Position numbers and translations under genes: made by a program. The notes below the pieces were generated by a model. The model searched no databases. It worked only from the letters and a program-made list of their open reading frames with translations, and was not told where the DNA came from. Source: Calcarisporiella thermophila CBS 279.70 (taxonomy: Eukaryota > Fungi > Calcarisporiellomycota). Taken from it: a stretch of 64,000 nt of DNA. Location of the stretch: the NCBI RefSeq assembly GCF_041956535.1, contig NW_027192201.1:222060-286059 (forward strand), read 5' to 3'. Shown here one piece after another: positions 38,535 to 50,443 of this stretch; the stretch's first letter is position 1, and each line of letters starts with the position of its first letter.

Positions 38535-39305
38535 CAGTGCGGATAACTTTTCATAAGTGTAAAGGTGGCAAGCGAGTTTAGCATATTTTCCGAACCTCCC
38601 TTTCATTTCTCCCTAACTTCTTCTCGTCATCTCCCGCCCTCCCCCCTTGCACTCTTCCCTTCCTCTCTCTTTGCTTTGTAATTCTGGTTTTTTACTCACT
38701 TATGTTTACCCTCTTTAAATGGCTGCCTTTCTTATATAGCGTGTGCTTATTCATAACCCCTCCGCTTTACCTTTTAATATCCGTGTTCTGTTTATTTTTG
38801 TATATAGAATATATATATTTTTTTTTTAAATTTATTGATCGTCGACAGAAATCTATTTTTTGCTCTCATCTCATTATCTCTTGGAGGGTGGTCGAACTTC
38901 CATCATGGAATGCAAACCTTTCGAGAAAAAGAAAAATAAGAAGAAATGATATCGGAGGGACATCAAGATGACCCAGAAAAAAAAAGTGTATTATATGGTC
39001 ATATCAAACAATTTCAACCCATTTCATGTGTCGGATATGGATTAGAAGAAAGGGAGAAAAGAATAAATAGATGAAGAGCTGGCACGCGGAAAAAAAAAAC
39101 TACAAGAGAACATGTTTTGAGGGGTGAGCGGGGTGGGGGTTAGGGTAAGGCGGGAAGAGAGGGCGTGGGTGAGGGCAGAGAGCTACCAGTGTTGTCGAGA
39201 TGATTGAATTTTGCAAAAAGATTAAGAAAATATTGGGGGTAAATTCGGATATCCAGGTATGAATGATCCGGAATGTCGTATGGGATGGGCGGGGGACAGG
39301 AAGTA

Positions 39306-40269
39306 CTAAGTCCTTCTACCGCCGTTCATGAGCTCGTGAAATTCGCACAAGGCCCTGTCCATCTCCTCACTCGTGTGCTCATTGTCCAGACTCTTTTATG
39401 CGGAAGAAGAAAGGTTTACAGATAGAGTTTAGTTTCTCATGGCAGCAACTGGACACCTTCAAAAACATTCACATACCGCAACCGAGCGTCGCACGTCGAG
39501 CCCCTCCAGCGCTTCTCTGACCTCATCCTTATCCCCGTGCTTCAAGAGTGCATTGATCAATCTCAGGCTGTTCACCTGCAGCACGTAGTCGGGTGACTGC
39601 AATCGCTGCACTAATGTGGAGAGGAAGTTGGGGTGAACATTCATTGCTTTGCGGATGGTCGGGTAGCCGTAGCAGCGAATCTGCGAAGGAGACGAGGCAT
39701 CTGCACACACTAGCTTGATAATGATCCCCGTTGCTGGGCGGCAGATATTGACAAGGGGCTGGTTGACAAGAATGGAGACAAGCTGTCGGGCAAAAGGAGA
39801 CGAGTCAAAAAACAGGGCGGTTAGACTTGCGGTAATAATCAACCCATGGATATTCTATCCGGACGAGGAGAGGGGCCCCGTCAAGTAGATAAGCCTACCG
39901 TGTCAATGAACTCCTGCTCGAACGACTCCCATCCTCTGTCGTGCTCCATAAGATTTTGTAGCGACGTGAGCGCATACGCCAGCGTATTTCCGCTCGCACT
40001 TCCAATTATCTCTTTGAGGGGATTAAGACCACCACGAACCAAAAACTCTTCTGCGAAGTCTTCCTCCTAGGAATGGAAAAGCTTGAATGTTAATCAGGTC
40101 AATCTCACAGGAGGAGGAGGGATAAGAGGGAGAGGGAAGTCGTGAATTATGGAGGATTGGAAATGGTTAGATTAAACGAGCATGGTCATGGATTCTTTAC
40201 CTTCAAATATTTTTGTAGAGAAAAAATGGCGGTCTTAAGCACTCTGTCATCTTTTGTCGGGACCGACAT
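39306..40269 (-). CDS. Short ELMO N-terminal armadillo-like (DUF3361-type) protein lacking ELMO/CED-12 and PH domains
   Basis: Exons DRVLKTAIFSLQKYLK|EEDFAEEFLVRGGL..GNTLAYALTSLQNLMEHDRGW..|LVSILVNQPLVNICRPAT..LQVNSLRLINALL..|..MNGGRRT*. Confidence 0.7.
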
Positions 40270-40834
40270 GGCCTGCTGGATTTTATTGAGAAATAATGGA
40301 GTGGGAATCAGGAGGAAGTGAGAGAGAATGGATGAGTGGATCGAGATCAAAGGAGGAAGATTCTGAGCATAACTTTTTCTCTCGCCTCGTAAAATTTACT
40401 CTTGCATAAAAGTAGCGGTAATGAAAGACCTCGGATTCAATTCGGGGCGATTCTCCTGTAAATGGAAGGCCCGAATCGAAGATCCCGGGCTTAAAAATAA
40501 CTCACAAGGTAGCATGGGCACGCAAGCGAACCTAGATGGAAAAAAAGGGAAGAAAATCAAAACAGGCCACCCCTCCATGGACCCTGGATCCGGGCATTAC
40601 AAAACGCTACCTTTTATTGACTTTAAAGATATTGGGTGTAAGGGGGAAAAAAATCAGAAAAACAATGGGTGGTGGAGGGGTGAAAATAGTGTAAAGAAAA
40701 ACAGGCTGAATATAAAACAGAGTAAATATCAATCTTCACGGAACGCTAGCAATAAAAAGAAAACAGAGCAAAATAAAGAAAAAAGCAATAACAATGATAA
40801 GCATAGGGTAAGCTAAGAGAATGGACAACAGGTT

Positions 40835-42994
40835 TTAGGATTGCTTTCCTTTCCAGCACCCGTGTGAGAAGCTGAGCGGTATAGGTCGGGGGAGATACAC
40901 CCGCGCAAGCTCAGTCAAATTCTTCGCATCTAGGCAGAGCAAGAAGCTCTTGTTGCTTTGCCCGTCAAACACAACGCTCAGCAGCACCCCTGCATCCTCA
41001 TCTTCCGGCTGTACCTCATTCGAGTTTGCCGCTGCGGCAACCGCGGTGGGTGGCGCAGGAATAAAAACGGCTTCCGAGGGATAGCAGTGATCTTCATGCC
41101 ACATGGCCGTCATCAGGCGATACTCGAGATCCTAAAAAACCCCAGCAAGAATGCACCGCATTAATGTCACGAAAATAAAAGGGTTACTCGGATGAAAAGA
41201 AGACATCGCATGAAAACCTACCGCTTTTACAATGGAGTCCCAAATGTGGCCCGGGTTGGTGGCCGCCTTGGGTGATAGACCGATTCCGTAGATATATTTA
41301 TAGGGCCGCCCCTGGAACTTGGGGTTAACCCTTGGAAGCTCGAGGGTGGAGTCTGTCGCCCGCATATCTCTTGCCTCGGGCATCCACCCATACTCCTCTC
41401 GTGCGGCGGCCCGTTGTTGTTCGGGGGTTAAGCGCGAGGTCGCGCTCTTGAACATACGGAAGAAAGACCCTGTCTTACTCTGGGTGGCCGCATTTATTCT
41501 TGTAAGGAGCTCAGAGGCTCTGTGCAGATCAGTGAGGGAATAACGACGAATCTCGGGCATCGCAAGACGCTGCCCCATACCGTTTGGATCACGTAAATGT
41601 TCGGTGACAAACTGGTGGGCTATTGCGTCAGTTTCGTAGCAAACAAGATCAAGATGCAAGTTGTCCTGCTCGTCCTCAAAGGCGTTGATGTGGTGGAAAG
41701 AGAAGCATGCGTCTGCACGATAAGTGGCAATATGAGCACCTTCCACGCGCGAGATCACGTAGAAGAGGGTGGGTTCGGTAGAGCGAAACGCGAACGAGTC
41801 GAGGAGGCTGTCCGCCCAATTGTAGCGCAATCCCCCGTAGTTGGCAATCATGGGGAAGAGTACCAGAACGATGTAGTGCTTGGTGACGGCAAAGCTGTGC
41901 GCTAGGGAAGCGCGTGCTTGCACAGAGGCAATAAGGCTGCCGTGGGGGTTTTTGTCCGTGACCGAGAAGAAGTGGTACTGGGTCATGGAGTAGCCCACCT
42001 CCATCGTGAAGTTGATGAGCTCTCTTGTTGCGGGGTCGAAAACGGGGTGGGGCGAGGCCTGTGATCCGCGGAAGGCTGGGTTGAGCTCTCCCCACGTGAA
42101 CACAGATTTGGGGGTCAGGTCATTGGGGTCGATCTCCTGAATTTGTGCCCCATTGTTCAGACAGAAGATCCCCTCCTGATACGAAGGGAAAGAGGGGAGA
42201 ACGGCGGCACCGCAGGGTTCCAGATCGGGCTTTTTTGCCTTACCAGAAGGCTTGATGAATTTTGCGAGGAAGCTTTGGTTGGGATTTGTTTTGAAGAGAC
42301 CTGCAGGATGAGTAGGGGCATAGCCATGGTGATCCCGAATCTTGGAGATGAGACGGTGGCAAGGGATGTTGCTTCGATAAACGATTTGGTTGTTATTACC
42401 GGCGATTTCGAAGCGGTTCAGCATGGGGATAGCGTCGAACCAGTGGCCAAAGGTAAAGGTTTCGGTGGCCATTTCGATTTGACCATCCACCTCGATCTTG
42501 CGCCCATACTTGATGTCGTACACTCCCGGGCCGACTGTGAAGAATTCGCCGTTGAGCCAAGATGGAAGCTGTCCATGGGTTTCGAGTTCTACACGGTCAA
42601 AAGTTTCCTCGACATTATGAAATCCTTTTGTGTGAAGCAGACCCATCTGCAGCATGGGTTCCTCCGGCGTGGCATGGATGGTGGGCTTATTTGATTCGGA
42701 TGTTTTTAGCAGCATATCGTTTGGGCCATCGTCGGAAATGAGGGAGATACTGGATTCATTGCGAGTGAGAGGGGGCTTAGCGTCAAGGTACATTTGCCCG
42801 AGTTGTGGAGTAAGGGCCTCGTCAATCTGTAGATTAGTGGTGAACGCATTAGGGGTTGTGGATTCTATTTGAGGGTCTTCAGATGCTGGGCTGACGCTCT
42901 GTAGAGGATGCTCGATTGTCTCTACTGGATCGACAGTGGATTGGGGCTGCTCCACTGCCTCTTTTGTAGGGACGGTAGGTGTCGCGTCGCTCAT
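40835..42994 (-). CDS. Carotenoid cleavage oxygenase (RPE65 family)
   Basis: GQLPSWLNG..GPG, HWFDA, four Fe-binding His candidates (SPHP, LAHSF, FHHIN, FSHG), ELPRVNP, PSEAVFIP and DAGVLLSVV; one intron. Confidence 0.93.
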
Positions 42995-43343
42995 AGTGGG
43001 AGAAAGGGAACAGTGAATCTAGACTTTGACAAGAGATATTTATGGATTGCTCAACGTGGGATTTCAGACAGGTATTACGGAACCATTAAATTGTTTAGCA
43101 TGAGCCGAATCTTGGGAAGGGGGTTGGTTGGATGACGCCAAAGAATTTCTTCGAAATTAGGGTACTATATGTAAGAGCAGAGCCCCCAGTGTTCATCAAA
43201 TCGAGGAAAAAAACAACCAAGAAATAATTATACAGTCAATAAATATTTAAAGATATCAGTATATATAAGGTGGAATTAAAACTAAGCTGGTTATGTTTCC
43301 TAATATAACTTTAAAAAACTAAAATAGTATCTAGAAAGAGGGA

Positions 43344-46300
43344 TCAATGATCTCTTCCTTGTCTCTCCCCACCAGGATCCTGTTGGAAATTCTCCTCTAG
43401 CTCAGGTATAGGCGATGGCACATCAATGTGTATACTTCCTGACACTCCTCCTGTTGCCAACCTTCCGCGCTCGTTGAGTAGCACCTGTGTGACAAGCTCT
43501 GCCTCCAATTCTAAGGCTGGATCGAAAAAGTTGTTATGCTCCAATGATGTCGGCTCTGCAGATTCATCCGCATCCATCTGCTCACGGTTCCTATTGATGT
43601 CGGCCGTCGCAGACGAGTCAACCCGGCGGCCACAAGAACAGCAGCTCGACGCATTTGACCGGATCGACAGCATCGAGGAGGGCGAGGAGTCTCCGTTCGA
43701 TAGGCTCGAACAAGTTGCCGAAATGCTCCCTGTCTCGGACAGTCTACACAAGTAATTCTCCTCTCTAGGGCGCGCCAGAGCCGCGTAGACGTGAACGTCC
43801 AATTCGATGCAGTCATCGAGATTGAACGGACGCATAGGGTTGCGGGGAAGGAGAAAGCGATTTGAGAGGCTCTTTGACAATGCCGGATGAACGTAGGTTT
43901 GTACAGCCGTGGGGTCATCGTGGTAGACAAGACGGTGCTTGATGGTTGGCAGGAGTCGAGTAATATCCTCCTCAGTTTTGTCGGTGCTATTGGACTGATC
44001 TCTCTCGTTGCTTTGTCGGGATTGTTCAATTGGACCCATTGTCGAAGAATACGGCGCATGGGCCGAGGGCGATCCGTCGGATTGGAATGGGCTATTCATT
44101 GTCGTTTGTGAACTTGGAATCCGAGCAGATCCCAGACGGCCGCTCACCTGGGACAGGGGGCTACACGACTGACTTGTTGTTTGCACCATCGTGAATGAAG
44201 AGTTCTGAGACCGCGCATCTGCCGACCCATGCACAAAGGCTGATGCTCTACTGGTTGTGGATCCATCTGCGTGGGAAGGGTTGCGACGGCTTGCGGTTCC
44301 GGAGCTAGAGCGAGCACGACGGTGCAAACCTCTGCCACTCCCTCCGCTCCCTTCTCCTTCTCCATCCTCCCGATGAACAGAGGTCAAAATCCTAGCATCA
44401 ATGTTGATAGCGGAAAAATCGGCCCTGCGACTCGAAAATGACACCCTGTTCTGCTCGCGCTGTTGCCCAGGTGAATAGGCGCGAAAATTGGTTATTGCAG
44501 AGGACATACTCTCATACGGTGCACTCGATCGCTCCTCCCTCTTTGTGATGTTGGAATCACGTAAACTCCTCGCAAACGGCCACACCCCTCCAAATAGCAT
44601 CCCCTCGTCTCGCCACCCAAACACTCTGTTCCACCTTCGCGGACCCAACTTCACGTCCCTAATATTCCCCTCATGCTGTTCAAGTCCACTTTGATCAGCT
44701 GGGAAATATCGAGTACGTCGGAAGAAGCGTCGCTTGATCATAAATTTATAAGAGAATGTGGAAAATATAAGTGGGATCAAGATTGCGCCTGGTATAAGTG
44801 CTCGCTTCACCCACAATAGACCAAGCATCGTCAACTCGAAGATAATGAGTCCATCCGTTGTATATCTATACATCAGCCTGTAAAATCGCCCATTCGCTTC
44901 GTATCTTCGCACATACGCATAGGCAAACTGATAGCGGAAGACGAGATAGGCGAGTGCGAAGTAGAGCAGTCCGAAGAACAGAATCAAGGGGCTTATCACG
45001 GAGTAGGTGAGAACTATAACGAATACGAGGATATGATTGGGATAATAGTAGTAGTAGGGAAAAGACCATGGCTTGGAGTTCTGAGCTAGGATGCGAGGCG
45101 TTTTCGAGACCCATGAGTTTGTCAAAAGAATACAACTAAACAATTGGGTGCCGAATTGAAGAAGCTCGAGCGCGTGTGTACAGGTGTTAAAGACCACGTA
45201 GTTAATAAAGAAGCTAGACCCCTAAAAGGCAAGTCCGCTTAGTGTCTCTCTTTGAGGGCTGTTTCAATAGTCGTGCATTTACCTCTGGTAACGTTATGGC
45301 AAGAACCTCGAGCAGACTGGTTGGTTGGTACAGAACCGATAAAATACTGGTCAAAAATGTTTTTCCAAGGAGAAATACGAGCAGCACATTGAAGATCGAG
45401 AAATAATAGTAACGTTTGAGCACCTTTCGTTCGAGCATCGAATAGGAAGTGCTGCATTCGAGCTTTGAAACCTCTACATGAAGCATATATATATATATAT
45501 GTGTTAGGTTAGGTTTGAAAACAGTGCAGTAAGACAAATACCCATCAACATCCACGGTAATAATGCCATGAACAATGTTACCAGCACGGTGGGAAGAACA
45601 TTTTGGATAAGCATACGGAAGAATGGTGTAGTGTCGACTATGGGACCAAGATAGATGAAGTGCTTGGACATGGTATCCAAAGATGTTAGTCCGAGAATGA
45701 ATGTGATGGGAAAGAGCCAAAAGATAATTAGAGACCTGAAATGCGTGGGAAATAAGAAAAAGGTTACGAAGGATACAACCGACAAATAGAACCCAAGTGT
45801 AGGACGTACCATACGGCAATATTGACCAAGAAGGACCTTATCCAGCGGCTTTTCCACTTATTTATCACGTCATCCCAGGACACATCCCGTGGCTCAGGAG
45901 CCATCTCAACCACACACACTCCCGGCTTCCAATGAACTATACTCTGCGCGCACATTTGGGCACTTTTGATATTTTCAAATGTGATGAAAGCGATGCATGT
46001 TGATTTGTTACGGGGAGTGAGCGTTGCGGTGTCTCCAGAGTAGTCCGGCGGACTGACTGGAAGTGTAGCGAGCTCGTGTTGGCGTAGCTCGACGATTCTC
46101 CGCTCGACATTTTCGAATTGCCAGTATAGCTCTTGAATCGATGAAGCGCAATCCAGGCTATCTTGGGACAACCGAATTTTCCAGAGTCTTCGTGGAAGCG
46201 GGAGGGGGGGTTGATACTGGGCCAATACACGGGGGCTAATTCGCGCGATCGCTTCCCAAATATTTGACGAGGTCCAACTTCCAAACGGAGAAATGGAGGA

Positions 46301-47452
46301 CCTGGACGCGGCTGAAGAGGGTGATCCGGCTTCATGATCATGTGGATGAGTGAGCGATTTTCGACGAAGCTTAGTGCGTCGAGCTGTTATTCCGGTAGAA
46401 GTTGCATACTTCTTCTGATGCCGCTTTACCATGTCTGATATCAGGCGTATGAATCTTTCTTCGCCTATTGTGCAGTGTGTATCAGGGCTGGCTGTGGGAG
46501 CTACTTCTTTCCACCTGCTTGAGGTATGATGCCGACGAATGGTACTTATAATTTTGCGAGCTGTTTGGATTTGCCAGGTTTCCATTGCATTGAGGATGGT
46601 TTCCCGGCGGCGAAGCTTACGGCAGAGTTTGTTCACAGGACGTACAACCGCCACGCTTTGTACAGCTCCAAAACCAAGATTCTCAAAGTAGGTTTTCAGC
46701 TGCGCCTCCTCGCGATGTTCAGGAGGTAGGTGTCGTACCATAACAGTTCGCACCTAAGCGTTCGAGTTAAAGAAGAGTGTAAATGATCGAAACAGATTCG
46801 ACACAAAACAGCATTCTATTACCGTCACATCACCCTGCTTGACCCTCTGCAAGATATGCCAATCCCGCAGATTCATGTAATCGAACCAGTTCACATAGCA
46901 CAAGTACATCCAACTGCAAGCAACTACATAAGTTCCAAAGGCATGGGCCCAGAGAAGGGAAGATCCATCAGCTATGTTTGCCACAGATAACCGATCAAGC
47001 TCGAGACTAGAATCAACTCCGTAATAATGCAACGGTAGCAAAGTTGCGCCAACGATAATAGAGTTTAAAAGAAGAAACCGGCAGGCCATTCCGAGAAAGC
47101 GAAGATACATGGTCGCATCGAGGCCAACGTGAGTGAGATAAAACGATTCATCGAAAGAAAGCGTTTTCGGGACCCAAGAGAGAAATCTAGACGAGAGCGG
47201 GGGCGTTGAATTTCTAAATTTGAATGCAATAATCATTGTAACAGGTAAAACCAGATTTTTCGCTATCCCAAGTCAGAGCACATACTTTTCTAATTTACAT
47301 CTTGCAGTATACAAAAATGCCATTGAAGAATTGCTTCGATTCCATTCAAACCCAAGTACGCATACCAAGGTGATACTCGCTGCCAGGCCGAACTGGTATC
47401 CAAGACCTATTACGGTTGGGCTGTAGTTATGTGCAGTATCTAATGTTGCCAT
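43344..47452 (-). CDS. OSCA/TMEM63 (CSC1/Phm7/Rsn1) calcium-permeable mechanosensitive channel
   Basis: GLDATMYLRFL, LDRLSVANI, LLWAH, RTVMVRHLP, AFITF, APEPRDVSW, FFINYV and YSVISPLILFFGLLYF..YLVFRYQ..Y; long disordered C-terminal tail. Confidence 0.93.
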
Positions 47453-49209
47453 TGTTCTCTGGAGCCGTTGCTACTACGAACAATTGGTCAAGCCCGGCCT
47501 ATCGTTGCTTCTTTACTTGAAAACGAGAGCAAGACACTCCGAGGACAACAGTATGTCAAACCAAGATGTGCAACGAATGTTGGGATGTATTATAGATTCG
47601 TAGTGATGCCCTGGGTTTGAGTTAAACTTATTTTTCCTGGAATGCAAGGAAAACAGTCTAGAGGAAAAACTAAAGTATTGGAAAAGATAAAATAAAAAAG
47701 GGAGGAAAACAGGATAAATGCCTTTCAAGATCTCAGTCTGAAAATTGCGGGATGGAAATGCAAATTAAAAGACATTGGCGAGAATATTACAAAGCTATGC
47801 TATTCACTCCGAAAACCAATCTATTACAAGGACACATTAAGTATAGAATTAATTTTGTTTTCATTCTGCATTGAATTTCCTGATTTGAATGAAATTGAAA
47901 AGTGAGGAAAATTTTAAATTCAACTATGAATATTTTAAAATGTTTTACAAATTCAGCGTGGAGATTTAGCCTAGACGTAGGTAATGTTTCTGCTACTATA
48001 TTATTCTCCATAACAAGTCAAGTGGAATTTCACATATGTAAGTAATGAGATAGCACTACATCCTGTATGAATATGTTTCGACCTCTATAATAGGCAATCT
48101 CCAACCGTTTCTGAATTCCTTGGTGGTTTACCCTTTCATCTCCAGTACTCCAAAAGCAGCGACAGCCACACCCTCTCCGGTGGCTTCTCGAGTGGGTGGA
48201 GTAAGTCCAGCCGGGTGCAGAATTACCTTCACCACACTGATAATGATTGCATGCTTCAGGCATATGCAAGTGTATTCCCGAATGATGGGATTTAATCCTT
48301 TCCATTGTAAGGGCAAATTCCAATTAAATTTCCACGACTGTTGTCCAATTTTTATCGCCGTGTTTCAGCAATACTCGAGCCCAAGTTTACCGAGCCAAGC
48401 TAAAAAGAAAATATTAAAAAACAAAGTTTAAATGCGTTTGTTTGTTTTGGCCTATTTCATTTATTCGCAAGGCGACAGAGGTGCAGTTTATGAGGGCAGC
48501 AATCCTAATTGTGATGTGCAATTGACTGAAACTAAATCCGAGGGTGAATGACGTAGATAATAGACAATATGTAACCTGCTTTAAGAATATTCTAGAGGAA
48601 AACGACGATTTAGCCCAAGGAACATCGAGCCGAAAATGAAGGAATTTCTTGCCAAGTGTTCGTGATTGTGGTTTAGTAATTCTAGTTATCCAAGTAATGT
48701 TGATTCATATCTTATTAAATGCAATAGATTCGGCAGAGTTGAGAGGCTGATAATCTGATTGTGCTGCCTTTCAAATTGGATGACACATTTTCTGTAACTG
48801 CAAGTGTAGCATATTTTTTGCGATTCTAAAGCCTCCACGTTGAGGTATATAAAACACTCAAATCTGACAGAACTCTATGGAAAGTCTAAGCGAGTGAGTC
48901 TTTTTGACTTACGGTTTAGTGTAAAATTTAATCCCAAATAGATATAAAAAATCCATTTAAAAACGACAAAACTTCACAGAGTCTGCTATTCCGATTGTGC
49001 AATGACTTTTTGAGAGAGTTCTTTTCAGCTCAGTTCGCACGCTTACCAACTTTGAACCTAAACGTAGAACCGGTAAAGCTTGTAACCATCGGCCTCTGTT
49101 TTGACGTGTTTAAAGATACTAAAAGAAGAAACTTTATTTCTGGATCACGCGCAGCTTTTCAATTTGAAACTTTTTTCCCTAGCGAATACAATCGAATTAG
49201 AGCGGTGAA

Positions 49210-50034
49210 ATGGTGAACAATGGGAATGTGCTGGTGACATTCGTCCTCACAATAGGCTTTACGCACAGCAGTTTTGACTATAATCAAACTTCGGAGGAAA
49301 GAGCTCGATTACAGGTAGGATCTACCTGTGCTCTCACTGAACCTGGTTTATTTCCTTGACGGATTGTATTCTACGTTTTACAGCTTCCCGAACTCGAAGA
49401 ACGTATTGCGCGCCTTCAGGAAATAGCGCGTTTGTGTCCCAACTATCGTGCGGATTATATAATTGCATTTACCTTTTTTTTAACACTCATGGGCGTAGCA
49501 GCGCTTACACAGTCAACGAGCAATTCCGCTTCATATGCAAGCTTCATTTTGCCTTTAGGGCTACTAGTTTTTGGAATGTACCGTCGCTATTTCATTATAA
49601 AAAGACAATGGATAACTGTATTATCACCACACAATCATTCTATGACGCAATTCATCACTAATGTAATTTTTATTGCTATCTAGTTTTTCGAGCAACTAAA
49701 GAATCTAATCAGCGATTTCAATGCGCATGATACCTTGCAGTATAATGTCAAATGGAAGGTTGTAAAAACACAATCCCATTATTTTGTTGAGCCTGCTTAC
49801 GGATTTAACGATCAATGGAGTGTTCGCCTTTACGAAATTGATCCTCTCTCTTCATTCCACTTGGACGCTGATATCGAACCACTCCCTCCATACCCTCAGG
49901 AGGCACATTTCAACCATGATAGTCAACCCACCTCTGCCATTCAAGCTGAAGAGGGATCAGTAACACTCCCTTCATATGAAGAGCTTGAAATGGCTAGCAT
50001 TACTCCTCCTTCACGAGCCTATACTATGGCATAG
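49210..50034 (+). CDS. Hypothetical two-TM protein with C-terminal PY motifs
   Basis: Three exons join in frame through GT-AG introns (49315-49383 and about 49618-49683); two hydrophobic helices, LPPY and LPSY motifs. Confidence 0.6.
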
Positions 50035-50225
50035 GCATAATTGAATTTCTCTTTCCCAACAGCCGCTTATTATTCACTGTATTAATAGTTTATTTATTCT
50101 CCTTGTAGAACTGGATATTTATGTATATTTATTTTTGAAAATTATTGCCCAATGCCTACTATTAAATAATTTTTGGTTGGAATGTTTTTAAACTCAATCT
50201 GCTCTTCAATAATTTTACGTGTTTT

Positions 50226-50231
50226 ACGCGT
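50226..50231. promoter_or_regulatory. MCB-like ACGCGT element upstream of KAR3
   Basis: ttttACGCGTttt about 215 bp upstream of the ATG, in AT-rich DNA; a short motif that could be chance. Confidence 0.3.
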
Positions 50232-50443
50232 TTTCCTCTTGACTTTTGCATTGATTGATCGACTTTACAATTTTTTTGGCAATTTTTTTAACACAATCAC
50301 TTTCTACTCTAGAAGTTGAAACACAGAAACCAATCCATACAGTCGAAAGGAAATAACCAGCCCACGATACCTTTGACAGAGTAATATATTTTTCATTAAA
50401 CCCATCTCAAAGTAATATATTTAACCTCTTCGCGGATACATAG

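Noticed and set aside
45769-45776. GTATCCTT (U12-type 5' splice motif) in an OSCA intron
   Set aside because: It lies inside an ordinary GTACGT...CAG intron, not at the exon boundary.
48030-48431. Short Cys/His-rich ORFs between OSCA and the PY-motif gene
   Set aside because: No recognisable domain, near-cognate starts and no convincing splice structure.
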